DNA of 64,000 nt from Octopus bimaculoides (taxonomy: Eukaryota). Shown here in pieces: positions 12,932-28,312 of the stretch. Location of the stretch: NCBI RefSeq assembly GCF_001194135.2, contig NC_068990.1:93066958-93130957 (forward strand), read 5' to 3'. The position numbers and the translations under genes are program-made. A model generated the notes under the pieces. That model saw only the letters and a list, made by a program, of their open reading frames with translations, ran no database searches and was not told the origin of the DNA. Position 1 is the stretch's first letter, and every line of letters begins with the position of its first letter.

Positions 12932-13655
12932 TGGAGTTCTTTCAATTGCCATCTATCAAATCCATCTCAAGGCTTTGGTTGGCCCTGGGCTATAACAGAA
13001 GACACTTACCCAGGGTGACATGCAGGGAGACTGAACCCAGAAGCATGTGGCTGGGAAGTAGATTTCATATCACATTGTCACCCCTGTGTAACTAAATCAC
13101 ATCTGTGTGATTTAGTTATTTGGGACAGAATAGGCAAATCATGCTGTCACAGAATTCACCTGCTCAGCAGATGTGACCACCTCTTCCAAAATTATTGAGA
13201 AGGAGAGTATTTATGGACAGCTGCTCTGAAACTATCGGCTCTTCTTGTTTGATTATAAATTCACGTTTGCACTAATGACTATTGATGTACTTAATTAAGG
13301 TAGAAAGTGACAATTTGGAAAAGCTAGGATTGGAGGGCAAAGCAGGACACTGACATATATTTTGCAAAAGCAAAGCAATCTGCAAGCAGAACAATAAAAA
13401 TATGCGAGAATTTTTGAAAGTTCAAACATGTAGCACTTATGGATGTTGTTATCTAAATTCCAGAAATGGAAACTGCTTGTTTGTTAGGAAGCAGCTCCTT
13501 CCATGTGGGAAGAATTCTTATAAAGGCAAACAGAGATACATGGCTGTAGACAGAAATATGCAAAGTCTACACTTTCAGATTCTCACACTAACACATTCAA
13601 GGTTACTTCTCCTACACATTCATCTCTCTTTCCCACTCTAACTTACACACACACA

Positions 13656-13689
<34 letters not shown>

Positions 13690-14094
13690 TATATATATAT
13701 ATATATATACACAAACACACACACAGATATATATATATATACATATACACAAACAGACATATGCAGAACATGAAGACATGCAGTTGAGGTTATATAAACA
13801 CAAGCACACACACACACACACATATATATGTGGGTATCTGATATGACAATGCTCATGAATAAAGCGTCTTGCAATGTGTCTATCAAATATTAATTTACAA
13901 AACTGTGTATATATATATATATACCCGTTTATAAACAAGACGTGCTTATTTAGTAAATCTTCTGGCAGGCTGAATTATTTTGCAGAAAAATTCAAAATAT
14001 TCGTAATTTCTAAGGTTACTTAGAACCTCTGGCTCCACGTTCTCAAAGACATGCAAAAGTTACTCTGGATGGTTTGTGTGACACTACCAGATAT

Positions 14095-14279
14095 CATCCT
14101 CATCATCATCATCATCGTCGTCGTCGTCATCATCATCATCATGATCATCGTCATCATCATCATCATCATCATGATCATCGTCATCATCGTCATCATCATC
14201 ATCATCGTCACCATCATCATCGTCATCATCATCATCATCGTCATCATCATCATCGTCGTCGTCATCATCGTCGTCGTCG

Positions 14280-14307
<28 letters not shown>
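14095..14307. repeat. Compound (CAT/CGT)n trinucleotide repeat
   Basis: Directly visible. It produces the spurious poly-His, poly-Ile and poly-Met ORFs. Confidence 0.95.
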
Positions 14308-14311
<4 letters not shown>

Positions 14312-15158
14312 CTTGAACACCTGTTTTCCATGCTGGCATGGGTTGGACAGTTTGACAGTACTTGGCAAGTCAGAAGACTATGCCAAGTTTTAATGTCTGC
14401 TCTGACATGGTTTCTACAACTGGATGCCCTTCCTAATGCCAACCACTTCACAGTATGGACTGGGTGGGTTTTATGTGGCACCAGCAAAAGCAAGCAGTGA
14501 GGTCATTAAACAGTTTACAAGGCAAGACCCACTTAACCGAGGGAAGGAGCAGTTTGGACGAAGATGGCTTTGTGCCAGATGAAAGGCATATAAGTAGAGG
14601 AACAGAAGTGGACATCTTGCAGTAGAGAAGATACATGGCTGCAGAAGTAGCCATGTATCTTTCTGAAGTAGGAGAAAGAGAGAGAGAGAGGGGAGAGAGA
14701 AGAGAAAGAGAAGAAGATGAAAATGTGATGGCGGTGTCGGGGGTACACTCAAGACACAGGAAGTGTATGTATATATAAAATATATTAGATTGAATGAAAT
14801 TAATAATGTTTTATTTTGTAGGAGCTGGTCAAATGATTTCATTTCATCAGTTCTTTTAGAGCAAAGCTCACAGCTATTTGTAGCAAATCATTTTTATTTA
14901 AATCTAATGTAAGACATAATATTATTCTCAACACCTAAACTTATCCTTATTCTCCTATGTGACATTTGAGGGCAGCTTCAGATCTATGACTGAACTTTCA
15001 GAGTTTGTTCATTTTCATTTTCCATCTGGTTTGGCAGGCATGTTGTTGGGGCAGTGTTTAACAAGCAGATGGGGTTCATGCATTGGAGACACTTATTCAA
15101 CACACATTCAAAGGTGCAGAGACATATGCAAACAAGCAGAGGCACATGCGTGCACATG

Positions 15159-15196
<38 letters not shown>

Positions 15197-15396
15197 GCTT
15201 CACACACACATATACACACATGCAAACAATGTATTTTTTCAGTTTCTGTCTACCAACTCTACTCACAAAATCTGAGCCTGGGGATAAAGTAGAAAATACC
15301 TAAGCTGTGCAATGGAACTAAACTTGGAACCAGGGACTTGCAGATTGTACATTTCATATATATATATATATACATGCATACATATATGTATGTATG

Positions 15397-15445
<49 letters not shown>

Positions 15446-15731
15446 NNNNNNNNNNNNNNNNNNNNNNNNNNNNNNNNNNNNNNNNNNNNNNNNNNNNNNN
15501 NNNNNNNNNNNNNNNNNNNNNNNNNNNNNNNNNNNNNNNNNNNNNNNNNNNNNNNNNNNNNNNNNNNNNNNNNNNNNNNNNNNNNNNNNNNNNNNNNNNN
15601 NNNNNNNNNNNNNNNNNNNNNNNNNNNNNNNNNNNNNNNNNNNNNNNNNNNNNNNNNNNNNNNNNNNTATATATATATATATATGTTATTTTTATATATA
15701 TATATATATATGTATTATACATATTTTATAC

Positions 15732-15770
<39 letters not shown>

Positions 15771-17391
15771 TACACGTATATAATAAATATTACACACACA
15801 CACGCAGACACACAGACGTACACACAGACGTATACGCACACACACACACATACATGCATGTACAAATAATATTCTGTGTAAATGAATGAGATGAATGTTT
15901 CCAAAATCCTTTGAGCAATGCAGGTTAGCAGTGAAGCAAAATATGTCCAGGTGATGTGAATGAATGGGAAAAGAAAAGGAGAAAAAAAGAGAGAATGAGA
16001 GAGAAAGAGAGAGGAGGTATCGTCTTACATTACGCAGGTTGTTAAATGATCTGAAAATGCTAGCAACGTGATGCAATCACAACAAAACTTGATATTGTTC
16101 TGTGGGACAGGAAACAAACATGATGCAATGCTGTGGAGGTCAGACACTTACCGCTGGGGAGTGCCTCATCTAGGCTTGTTGAAAAAGGGAACATCTTTAG
16201 TGAACCCATTCAGAAGAGTTAGAGCTCTTGTAACCTGCTTATCATCATCATCATCATCATTAATGTCAGCGTTTGCATCATCATTGTCATTGTCATCGTC
16301 ATTGTTTTAATGTCTACTTTTGCGTGCCTGCATCAGTCGGATGGAATTTATTTGAGGCTGATTTCCCAAGGCCATTCCTGTTGCCAATCGTCTCCCCAGG
16401 ATAATATTTCCTCATGACTGGACATATTTTTTGATTAAGGATTGCAGGGTTGGATACAAGTGACATGGATCTTATGATGGAGGTATGTATTTACAATAAC
16501 CACACAAAGTCAAAACACGGACACATGGACACACACAGAGAAGACACACACACATCAACATGTATCCACATACATGGGTACATGCACACACACATATACA
16601 TACACACAGAAGACACATACACACACACATATACATACACACAGAAGACACATACACACACACACACATGCCACCCCCCACATGCCCACACACCCACATC
16701 AACATGTATCCACATACATGGGTTCATACACACACACATATACATACACACAGAAGACACGCACACACATCCACACACAAACATATATACATACATTTAT
16801 ATACATATATACACTGGACTTCTTTCAGTTTCCATCTACCAAATTCACTCCCAAAGCTTTTGACTGGCCCTTTGCAGTAGTGGAAAACCTTTACCCAAGG
16901 TGGCACACAGTGGGGCTGAACTTCACACCTCTTAACCACATTTCCATGCCTTCTATATATTTTCCTTTATGTATATTGTAACAGTTACACCAGGAAATGT
17001 AACATGGATTTTAATTCAAAAGAACATGGCTGGCTTTATCTTAACAAGATATATGCAAACCAGTTAATAGGTTGTTGACACAATTCTGTTACTGATTTCT
17101 CTCATGATTAGGTGTGTTCAGTTAAAGAAACAACAAAATCAAATGAGATGTGAGTGTCCTTTTCTATCATTTGCTACTCACAAATTCCCTTCTCTTTTTA
17201 GTATAAACGATTTGCTGCTAATTTGTTTCAGCCATAATTATGCTGTGGGCACTGCACACATCCTACGCAAAACACTTTCAATACAGTAACCATAAGAGCA
17301 CCACAGCAAACCACAGCACATACCCAAGGCGCACAGAGCTGCCCTCGGTAGTGAAGTGAAAGCACGTTATAAAAATAAAACTACTGAACAA

Positions 17392-17583
17392 TAATAATAA
17401 TAATAATAATGATAATAATAATAATAATAATAACAACATCGAAAAATACCTTAGGAATGAGAACCCAAGTTTGAAAATTTCCCAAGATGAAGGCTGGAGG
17501 GTATATCAGCCGAAGCGTTGTGTTAACAAACAAGATGAGGACAAATATCTGTCAAATGTAAATAATGTGAATAATGTTCCTCA
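17392..17583 (+). mobile_element. Headless family A tail
   Basis: (TAA)n followed by CATCGAAAAATACCTTAGGAATGAGAACCC...GATGAAGGCTGGAGGGTATATCAGCCGAAGCGTTGTGTT. Confidence 0.75.
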
Positions 17584-19160
17584 TCACTTGTTCACAGATG
17601 TCCTCCTTCTCCAGGATTTCTTTTGGCTGCATTACTGTCAAAAGAACGACCAGCTTTCTACCCCAGAGTTGGTTCTCATCTTGTGCTTTCACAATATCAG
17701 GTTCATCATATTTTAATTAGGTTGCTGTTGTTGATTTTTTAGATTTCACTCATATTTATTTCATCCATTACTTTCAATGGGTTTCTCCTTTTATTTCTAG
17801 TTGATATTTCCCAATTCTAGACTGTCATGGCTTCCACGTCATTCCTAATTGGTGTGGCAATGTCTAAATACAGGGTTTTATTCTCTCACTGTTGGCAATA
17901 GTGTGGTTAATGTCCTCAGTTTTCACCCTCATCATCATCATCATCATCTAAAGTTCCGGTTCCATGCTGACATGAATTGGGTGGTTTGATAAAATCTGAT
18001 GGGGCCAAACGCTGCCCCAACTCAACTGTCTGCTTTCGTATGGTACCTACAGGTCGATGTCCTTCCTAATATGCCACCCACTTAACAGTCTACTTGGTGA
18101 TTTTGGTCTCACATAATTGACATTCATTGTCAGTTGATGCTGTTTGTCTCTTCATATTTCATGCAAAAAAATACCTGGTGGTGATTTCATGGCCTTGATT
18201 AGCTTGGGGCTACTTTTCAAGGTGAGACGTGATAAACTGGTTGAAACATACAATAAACTGTAACATTTCAATAAATATTTCAGATATTTTTGGGACATGT
18301 TTATGTAAGAAATTTATTCAATATCTCGATATAATCCCTCTGGGTGGATTTGGAATAGGATTAATAGATTTAGTTTATTTTAATCCATCTGAATACTTAA
18401 CCAACTGATCTAGCACAGCATGGCAGAAAACTATTTGCAGCTCATAGAAAATATAATTTCTAACTTTTTGTTTTTTGATGTTTAATGTGACTTGTAACTA
18501 ATTTTATGCATGTATAGATTCATAAATATATGTGTGTGTGATATATATAATATATAATATATATATAGGAGTATGTTGGTGCAAACAAGAAAAACAGAAC
18601 TGAAAATATGAGTATAAGCAGAAGCAATAGAGTCACTCAAGGTCTTAAGTGCCAACACTCAAAACTCTCAGAACTTGAGTCACTCTGTTGCTTATATTCA
18701 TATATATATATATATATATTATTTATATTATATTATATTATATATATATATATATATNNNNNNNNNNNNNNNNNNNNNNNNNNNNNNNNNNNNNNNNNNN
18801 NNNNNNNNNNNNNNNNNNNNNNNNNNNNNNNNNNNNNNNNNNNNNNNNNNNNNNNNNNNNNNNNNNNNNNNNNNNNNNNNNNNNNNNNNNNNNNNNNNNN
18901 NNNNNNNNNNNNNNNNNNNNNNNNNNNNNNNNNNNNNNNNNNNNNNNNNNNNNNNNNNNNNNNNNNNNNNNNNNNNNNNNNNNNNNNNNNNNNNNNNNNN
19001 NNNNNNNNNNNNNNNNNNNNNNNNNNNNNNNNNNNNNNNNNNNNNNNNNNNNNNNNNNNNNNNNNNNNNNNNNNNNNNNNNNNNNNNNNNNNNNNNNNNN
19101 NNNNNNNNNNNNNNNNNNNNNNNNNNNNNNNNNNNNNNNNNNNNNNNNNNNNNNNNNNNN

Positions 19161-19193
<33 letters not shown>

Positions 19194-20629
19194 ACCCATG
19201 CTAGCATGGAAAGCGGACGTTAAACGTAAAAACGTAAAAAGGGGAAGGTTTTTGCACCAGGACAGGTATCTGGTTGGAGAAAACTCTTTTCCAGCATTGT
19301 CTTATCTGACCTATGGAAAGGTAGTTGGTGATGACGATGACAAAGATGATGATGACAACAAAGATGATATATATATCACTTGGATGGGATAGATAAAGAT
19401 CTTTCTGGACTCATATTGACTCATATGGCCGGTGTCCCAGTTTCTGTGGTAAATATATTCCTCCCCTGGATGGGATGTTAGCCTCTTGCCAGCTGACAGG
19501 AATGGAGTAAAATGAAATGAAGTGTTTTTGTTCAAAAACACGGTGCGTCACCCAGTCCAGGAATTGAAACCACAATCTTAGGATCATGAGTCCAACACCC
19601 CTGACCACTAGACTACATGACCCCACTGTCACTATTTGGGCAAATAGAGTGTGCATTACATGGAGTAATGTATATATGTGTGTGTGTGTGTGTGTGTGTT
19701 TACCTGCATACACACACACACACTTTAAAACAACCGAAATAAATCTAAATAAGTTTCTATCACGAGACTTGGAAGATATTTACGCAAGATGGCATGCAGT
19801 GGGTTTGAACCGGAAACCCCCCAGTTTGAAAGCAAGCTACCTAAACATGCTGCCATGCCAGCTCCAATAGTTATAGACTATAAAATTCACTTAAAGTAAT
19901 GAGACATTCATTTAAATCTATTTCATAAGAATCTTATTAAATTTTCTAGTCTCTCTCAGAATATTTGGAATAAAAACTGAAATGAAATTAGGACAAATGT
20001 TCATAAAATATTATTTTGTTAAGCAAGAAATAGGAAAGAAAAATTGAGATATCAGAAGAATATTATTAAATTTATTTAAGCTGCCTTAGTATGGTTTGAG
20101 TAAAGCAAATTAATAACAAAAGTATTTATTAACCTATGGGATATTAGAATTTAGTATAAAGTAATGAAAAGTTATAAGAAACAGGGGAGAAGCATTCAGA
20201 TGTCAGGGAAATATCATTAAATATTATTAAATTTGTTTAGCTTACATTGGTTTATGTGGAAGGCAAAAAAGTTACGATCAATAATCATAGAAGAGTACTT
20301 GAGAGAGAGGAGGGGTAGGCCTTTAGATGTTAGACAAATATCATTAAATATTTGTAGCCTGTCTTAATTTCGGTGTAAAAACGAACAAATTGGAATAAAT
20401 GAACGTCTAAAAGTATTCATTAAAGTAGATGTTTAAAATTAAAGGAAGGAATTACATTAAATTATTGTGAAGCAGTTACTTTCTCTGCATTTAAGCTTAT
20501 GGAATTTTGTGAGGAGGAATATATGCAGCTAATAAAAGCTAATTGCTCAGGTGATAATAATATGTACAGGTGCACATATATATACAGGTAAAAGCATATG
20601 TGTGCGTGTGAATGTGTGTGTGTGTGTGA

Positions 20630-20670
<41 letters not shown>

Positions 20671-21161
20671 TGTGTGTGTATGTGTGTGTGTATGTGTGTG
20701 AATGTGTGTGTGTATGTGTGTATGTATGTGTGTATGTGTGAATGTGTGTGTGTATGAATGTGTGTGTGTGTGTGTGTGTGTGTCCAAAAGAAGTCTTTGT
20801 TTATGTGTCCATTTATCCAAATATATCTACATACAAATCACAAAGATATATAATTATAGTGTGGGGGGAGGGTGGTGGCAAATTTAAATATAATCTGCTT
20901 TATATATCACCATCATCATCACCACCACCATCATTTTAACGTCCCTGTTTGCATGCTTGCATGGGTCAGACAGAATTTGTTGAGGCAGATTTCCTGAGGC
21001 CAGATGCTATTCTTGTTGCCAAGAATCACCTATTTTCAAGCAATGCAATGTTTCCTTGTGGCTGGGTTCGGTTCTACAGAATTTTTGATAAGAAATGACA
21101 CTGCTTGTATGAGAGTGGCACTTGTTTACATCTGTTACACAAACTCAAGGCAAGGAGACAG

Positions 21162-21219
<58 letters not shown>

Positions 21220-21695
21220 GTTATATGCAATGGGCTTCTTTTAGTTTCTGTCTACTGAATTCACTGAAGAGAGAGAAAGAGAGAGAGAGAGAGATAATTG
21301 TAGAGGGTACAATTATATATCTCTATATATGTAGTTTACCTAAAAGGTTTTTATATGGTGCCCACTGATAAAATTCATTAATTTTAATGACTTTATCCTG
21401 TAATTACGTTTATACACACACACACACATGTATGTTATATTCGATGTATGGTATATAATGTATATTATAAATAAAAGATTTGATATAGTCATATTCATTT
21501 AAGTTGACCGTTAAAAGTAGCGATAACTGAAATTTCACACTCAGCAGACATTCTTTGTGTGGCATTTCATTGAAATGTCACCAGAAGAATGGTTGCAATA
21601 ATGACAACTTTATAGAAAATGTTGGTGATGATGATGATATACACACACACACACACATATATATACATACACACACACACACATATATGTATGTT

Positions 21696-21761
<66 letters not shown>

Positions 21762-24718
21762 AATGTATATATATACATACATACTTACATATATATACAT
21801 ATAAATATATATTTATAGGCACGTATAAGCAAATATTTGCACACATATACAGACTCATGTATAGCTTATCTGTGTGTTTAATTATGTGATGACTGAAACA
21901 CTGAAAAAGATGAATATAAATCTACATATATATGTATATATATGTATACATATATAACATATACACATGTGTGTATGTATGTATGTATACACCCATATTT
22001 ATATACACATATGATCATTCCCATCATGATTTTGTGTCTACTGGCCTCAGTCGGTTGGATCAACAGAATCTAACATATTGGCAGACATTCCAATCTCTCA
22101 ATTTTGCTCTCGTTTCTATGTCTGTTTGTCCTTCCTGGCATCATCCTCTTTATGTAATATAACTGGGTACTTTTTGCATCTAGCACCTGCACTGGTGAGG
22201 TTGCCTTGTAGCTTGTTAGACAAAAGTGGTCCTACATCGAAGAGGAAGAGTAGGAGCAAAGGTGAGAATTTCAGGTGAGGAATTTGAGAAGCAAAAGTAA
22301 GATTGTAAGAAAAGGTTGACTGTTGTTGGCAGAAGGTGTTAGTGAAGAGACAAACAGACAGCGTTGGAGAAGAGAGTGATAAAAGGGAAATGGAAAGAAT
22401 AGTGTGAGGAGTTTGTGAGTGTGTGTCAGAGAGTGGTATGGATGAGAGTAATTTGGAGTTACCCCTTCATATATATGGGTAGGTGGGATAACTGGAGTGG
22501 TGGTGTCTTATTCTCTTGTAAACCACTTACCCACCTATCCCCTTCTACTCAGCTTGTACCATGTGGTGCCACCTAGGCTCTTCATCACCTTTATCTCTTG
22601 CAGTTTCTACTGATCATTTTTTTTCTTTCTCTCACTCTTTCCCCTCCTAGATGTGACAATCCATGCAGATCCCTCTCAGGAACCTACTTGTCCCTACCTC
22701 ATAGTAATTCCCTCATCCCTTAGCATGAAGCTGACACCCACACCTCCCATAGGATTTGTACCCCTGCAAACTGCAGGGTAGCCTCAATAGTGTAGATGAA
22801 ATGATAAAAGCACTTAGTTTATTGCATGAAACCAATTGGTAAAATCAGCCTTGATGGGTAATTTCAGATAATATACCCACTCTGTTGAGTTAAGTGAAGT
22901 CATTGTTGTGGCTGATGCCAGTGCTGCCTGACTGGCTCCTGTGCCAGTGGCACGTAAAAGGCATTATTCAAGCGTGGTCGACACCAGTACCTCTTGACTG
23001 GCCCTTGTGCCAGTGGCATGTAAAAAGCACCTCTACATTCTCGGAGTGGTCAGTGTTAGGAAGGGCATCCAGCTGTAGAAACTCTGCCAAGTCAGATTGG
23101 AGCCTGGTGCAGCTTTCTGGCTCACCAGTCCTCAGTCAAACCGTCCAACCCATGCCAGCATGGAAAGCAGACGTTAAATGACGATGATGATGATGGTGAT
23201 ATATTTACTTATGCTCACTGTCTGTGTTTTCAGGTTATGAACTCTGTAATTTTCGTGAAAACAGTCCATTGTGGAGATGAAATATTTCAGTCAATTTACT
23301 CTTAAACTCAGACTCAAGTGCCTAAAATTAATTTTTTTCAGTTCATTTCTGTTCCCTGGGACCTGAAGATCCAAAAATGTTGTTGAAAATATTTTCCAGG
23401 CATTTATGAAAGTGAAGCAATTCATAAATAACCTCAATACATACGCTCACTCACTTACAGATAAACACACAGACATAAATGTTGATAAAGAAAGAAAGAA
23501 ACCATGTTTAATTTATGGTCTGTCGGAAAGAGAAAATCCTCCTCCTCCTCCTCCTCCTTACCACCACCACCACTACCACCACGCCTCCTCCCCCTCCTTC
23601 CCCCAATCATCATCATCATCTTTAACCCCTGTCTGTTTTCCATGTTGGTTTGGATTAAAGAGTTCTTACCAGTTAACCCTTTAGCATTCAGATTTCGCTG
23701 ACAAATGTAAAATGTAATTAATCATGCATTGTCTCATAGCTCCAAGATTTTAATGATGTGCTTGTTTATTTTTTTAGAATGATAGGGTAAGTGTGAGAGG
23801 CTGGATCTTGCTGGTTTGAATATAAAACAGGCTGATTATTTGCGCTGGGTATGGTCGGAGGAAATGCTAAAGGGTTAAGTCTGTTCTTATTTGAAACAAG
23901 GAGGAAAAGAGTGAATCTTTAACTTCCAAGAAGATTCTACAGAATAAAATCAAGCATTCTATCACTTGTTTGTTCATCCAAAAGAACACACACACAGAGT
24001 CTCATACAATTACGTGCACACAGTCTTCTACAGTTACATGTACACACACAAACACACAGTCTCATACAATTACACCCATACATACACAAACACACACACA
24101 CACACACACTAGCAGACAATCAGCATCATATTTTTCATTTATTTATTATTCATTGGAATGCTAAAATCTTTGTAGGGTCAGTTGAAGGAGGAAGAGGGTG
24201 AAGTAACTACAGCAGACTGACAGGTCAGTCTTACCAAATCAATTCTATTCATATAGGTTACGGTACATGTAGACAGGCCGAAAGGCTTCCCCATGCTCAG
24301 ACATCTCAGTTTTGGCAAGGTTCCTACACCTGGATGCCCTTCCAAACACCAACCATTTCACAGAGTGACACAGGTATGTTTTATTGCAGCTGCAGCGGCA
24401 CTATAGAGATGTTACCTTCTGACGTGAAGTGTTATAGAAACCCAATTGTTGTTATTCTTAGAAGGAGAATCAAGGAGAGAGGTCTGTTGATGACTTAAGG
24501 TTAGCTTCAGGTGAGGCGTTTGGCGGAAATGAAAGGTATGATGGTGAAGGAACCGATTAATGGCTGTTGGAAGGTAAAGATGAGACTTATTTCAAATATT
24601 TGTGATGCAAATTTCAAACAGCTCTTGGAACTCAAAAGCCACTTATGTGCTCATACTTGGAAGAAGCACATCGAACCAGAAGAAGTGGTCAAACACCGAG
24701 AGAGCAGACTACCTCTGT

Positions 24719-24764
<46 letters not shown>

Positions 24765-24904
24765 CCATCATCGTTTAACGTCTGCCTATATATNNNNNNN
24801 NNNNNNNNNNNNNNNNNNNNNNNNNNNNNNNNNNNNNNNNNNNNNNNNNNNNNNNNNNNNNNNNNNNNNNNNNNNNNNNNNNNNNNNNNNNNNNNNNNNN
24901 NNNN

Positions 24905-24948
<44 letters not shown>

Positions 24949-26574
24949 CAATGTGTATGTATATACATACATGCATAAAAAATATATTTTCTGGATTGGC
25001 ATGGCAACAATGTCAATGTAGTATTTCGTCATTTCCTTTTACTGTAGGTTATTGAAATGTGAGTAATATTTGAAGTAAGACACAGACAAGTATATCAGTT
25101 ACAAATTATATCTGCATTGTGCTTGAAATATTAAATTCACAACAACTTTGCTCACTGATTCTGTGCTTTATTTTGTGTGGATATTCATCTTCAAGTGTGT
25201 GTGTTTGTGTATATATATATAAATATGCACATGCATATATGCACACAGTCTCTCTCTCTCTCTCTATATATATATATGCATATATGCACACTCTGTAAAG
25301 TGGTTGGTGTTAGGAAGGGCATCCAGCCAAAGAAACAATGCCAAATCAGACTGGAACCTGGTGCAGCTCCCCAGGTGCCAGCTCTGGTCAAACAGTCCAA
25401 CTCATGCCAGCATGGACAATGGCTGTTAAAGGATGACGATTATGATATATATACAGGGATTAGCATTGAGTTGCTTCTCCAACATACTGAAAATTTAGAA
25501 ATAGCAGTCAAAGAACTACTGATTCTAAACTACAAATTTTTCTCTAAATGGATGGCGATATTTATGGCACACATAGAACAAAAAAACGGAGGGAAAAACA
25601 TAAACAAAACAAGTCTTTAGTTAATCGGATACGATCGTTTCATGGTTAAGAGAATGAAAATTTCTCTATTCCAAATCTTCAGTCCNNNNNNNNNNNNNNN
25701 NNNNNNNNNNNNNNNNNNNNNNNNNNNNNNNNNNNNNNNNNNNNNNNNNNNNNNNNNNNNNNNNNNNNNNNNNNNNNNNNNNNNNNNNNNNNNNNNNNNN
25801 NNNNNNNNNNNNNNNNNNNNNNNNNNNNNNNNNNNNNNNNNNNNNNNNNNNNNNNNNNNNNNNNNNNNNNNNNNNNNNNNNNNNNNNNNNNNNNNNNNNN
25901 NNNNNNNNNNNNNNNNNNNNNNNNNNNNNNNNNNNNNNNNNNNNNNNNNNNNNNNNNNNNNNNNNNNNNNNNNNNNNNNNNNNNNNNNNNNNNNNNNNNN
26001 NNNNNNNNNNNNNNNNNNNNNNNNNNNNNNNNNNNNNNNNNNNNNNNNNNNNNNNNNNNNNNNNNNNNNNNNNNNNNNNNNNNNNNNNNNNNNNNNNNNN
26101 NNNNNNNNNNNNNNNNNNNNNNNNNNNNNNNNNNNNNNNNNNNNNNNNNNNNNNNNNNNNNNNNNNNNNNNNNNNNNNNNNNNNNNNNNNNNNNNNNNNN
26201 NNNNNNNNNNNNNNNNNNNNNNNNNNNNNNNNNNNNNNNNNNNNNNNNNNNNNNNNNNNNNNNNNNNNNNNNNNNNNNNNNNNNNNNNNNNNNNNNNNNN
26301 NNNNNNNNNNNNNNNNNNNNNNNNNNNNNNNNNNNNNNNNNNNNNNNNNNNNNNNNNNNNNNNNNNNNNNNNNNNNNNNNNNNNNNNNNNNNNNNNNNNN
26401 NNNNNNNNNNNNNNNNNNNNNNNNNNNNNNNNNNNNNNNNNNNNNNNNNNNNNNNNNNNNNNNNNNNNNNNNNNNNNNNNNNNNNNNNNNNNNNNNNNNN
26501 NNNNNNNAGAGAAAACAGAAAAAGGTTTAGTGGCTAGCGATCTATCATGGCGAAAGTTTATATATAAATATATA

Positions 26575-26810
26575 CAGTGTGGCCCAAAAGTAGGTCTACA
26601 GTCATTCAACTATCTCTTTCACATTCATATATTAACAGTTTAGATCTTAATTATAAAAAAAATGTGAAACCATTGTTCTAGGTTAATTTAGTTAATTTTG
26701 TCAAGCTCCCTTTTCAGTTTGTAAGACAGAAATTTAAATGTAATAAAATGTTTTCAAAGAAATCTAAAGTGCCTACATGATAACTGTAAACCTACTTTTG
26801 GGCCACCTTG
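26575..26810. mobile_element. Tc1/mariner-type MITE, 236 bp
   Basis: 28-bp TIRs CAGTGTGGCCCAAAAGTAGGTCTACAGT / ACTGTAAACCTACTTTTGGGCCACCTTG (25/28 match), TA on both flanks, AT-rich non-coding interior. Confidence 0.85.
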
Positions 26811-26876
<66 letters not shown>

Positions 26877-28225
26877 CACACATATGATGTATGTATGTAT
26901 GGCACTGGCATGCCTGTGCAGTAAGAAGTTTGCTTCTCAACCACATGGTTAAATAGTTCAGTTCCACAGCTTGGCACCTTGGGCAATTACCTACTACAAT
27001 AACCCTGGACCAACCAAACCTTAGTGAATGGATTTGGTGGATAGAAACTGAAAGAAGTCCATTGCGTGTGTGTGTGTGTATATGTATATATATATATATG
27101 TTTGATGATACACCATAAAGTTAAACCGTTTATGAACGGGAAACCCAGGGTAACCCCAATAAACTGGCCTTCCTCAATAAATATATATATATATATACAT
27201 ATATGTATACATGTTTTGTGTGTGTGTGTGTTTGTGTGTGCGTGTGTGTTATTGTCCCCATGTCTTGTGAGTGAGTGTCATCCATCATACAAGGTGTGTC
27301 CTTTATTTCCAGTCTTCCATGAAAAAAGGTGAAGGTTGGTGACAGGGAGGGCACCCACCTGTGTAAAATCTGCCTTTACAAATCCCACCTGACCGAAGCA
27401 AAGATGGAAAAGGGGATGTTAAAATGAGGATAGATACATACATGTATGTGTGAGTGTATGTATGCATGTGTGTGTGTATGTATGTATATGAGTGTGTGCA
27501 TGTATAAATACACACTCATACACCCACATACAGACATATATATGTATATCTTTATACACACACACACATCTTGTGGATTAACTTGACAACAGTATATAAC
27601 AATGTTTTGTTTGTTACTTGTGTGTGTGTGTGTGTGTGTATTAGATTATTTCAACTTCCTTCAGTATTTGATGCAATATATTTACAGATATTAAGGTTCA
27701 TTGGTTGCCATAGTTACACCAAAGAGAGAGAATGGTTATTCTTTACAATTCACTGGTTCCAGACAGATCTGTTATCAGTAATCTTGTTACTGTTAGTATT
27801 AAACATAATTTTAGGGATGGTGGTGGTGGTGGTGGTGGTNNNNNNNNNNNNNNNNNNNNNNNNNNNNNNNNNNNNNNNNNNNNNNNNNNNNNNNNNNNNN
27901 NNNNNGGGTGGGGGTTGGGTGGCCGAGGTGTGTACGCTTGGGCAATGTATCGAATATGGTTATCATTAGATGCATCCATATTATTACGAGAGAAGTGGCA
28001 AGGGAGATGGTGCGAATGTAATGATGGAGACTGTGGATTATGTAATAACAGAAGAGTCTTAAGAGATTCAGAGATAATGCTTCACAGCATTTGTTGCAAT
28101 GCATTGGGATCTGAGTTCAATCTCAGCTAAGGTCAACTTTGCATATTGTTCATTTTGGGGTTGATAAAAAAACTACCAATTCAAGATGATGGACTGGCAA
28201 AGCTGTGTGAATGTGGTATTTGTTA

Positions 28226-28312
<87 letters not shown>

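Noticed and set aside
14015-14071. 57-nt plus-strand exon-like segment (GYLEPLAPRSQRHAKVTLD)
   Set aside because: The acceptor and donor are only moderate, and there is no partner exon or homology.
23070-23140. Minus-strand CUGAGGA-CUGG(UGAG)CCA-GAAA in a family C repeat, hammerhead-like
   Set aside because: Sister copies (49440, 50280) have AUGG instead of GAAA after the stem, and stem I pairs poorly, so this is probably chance.
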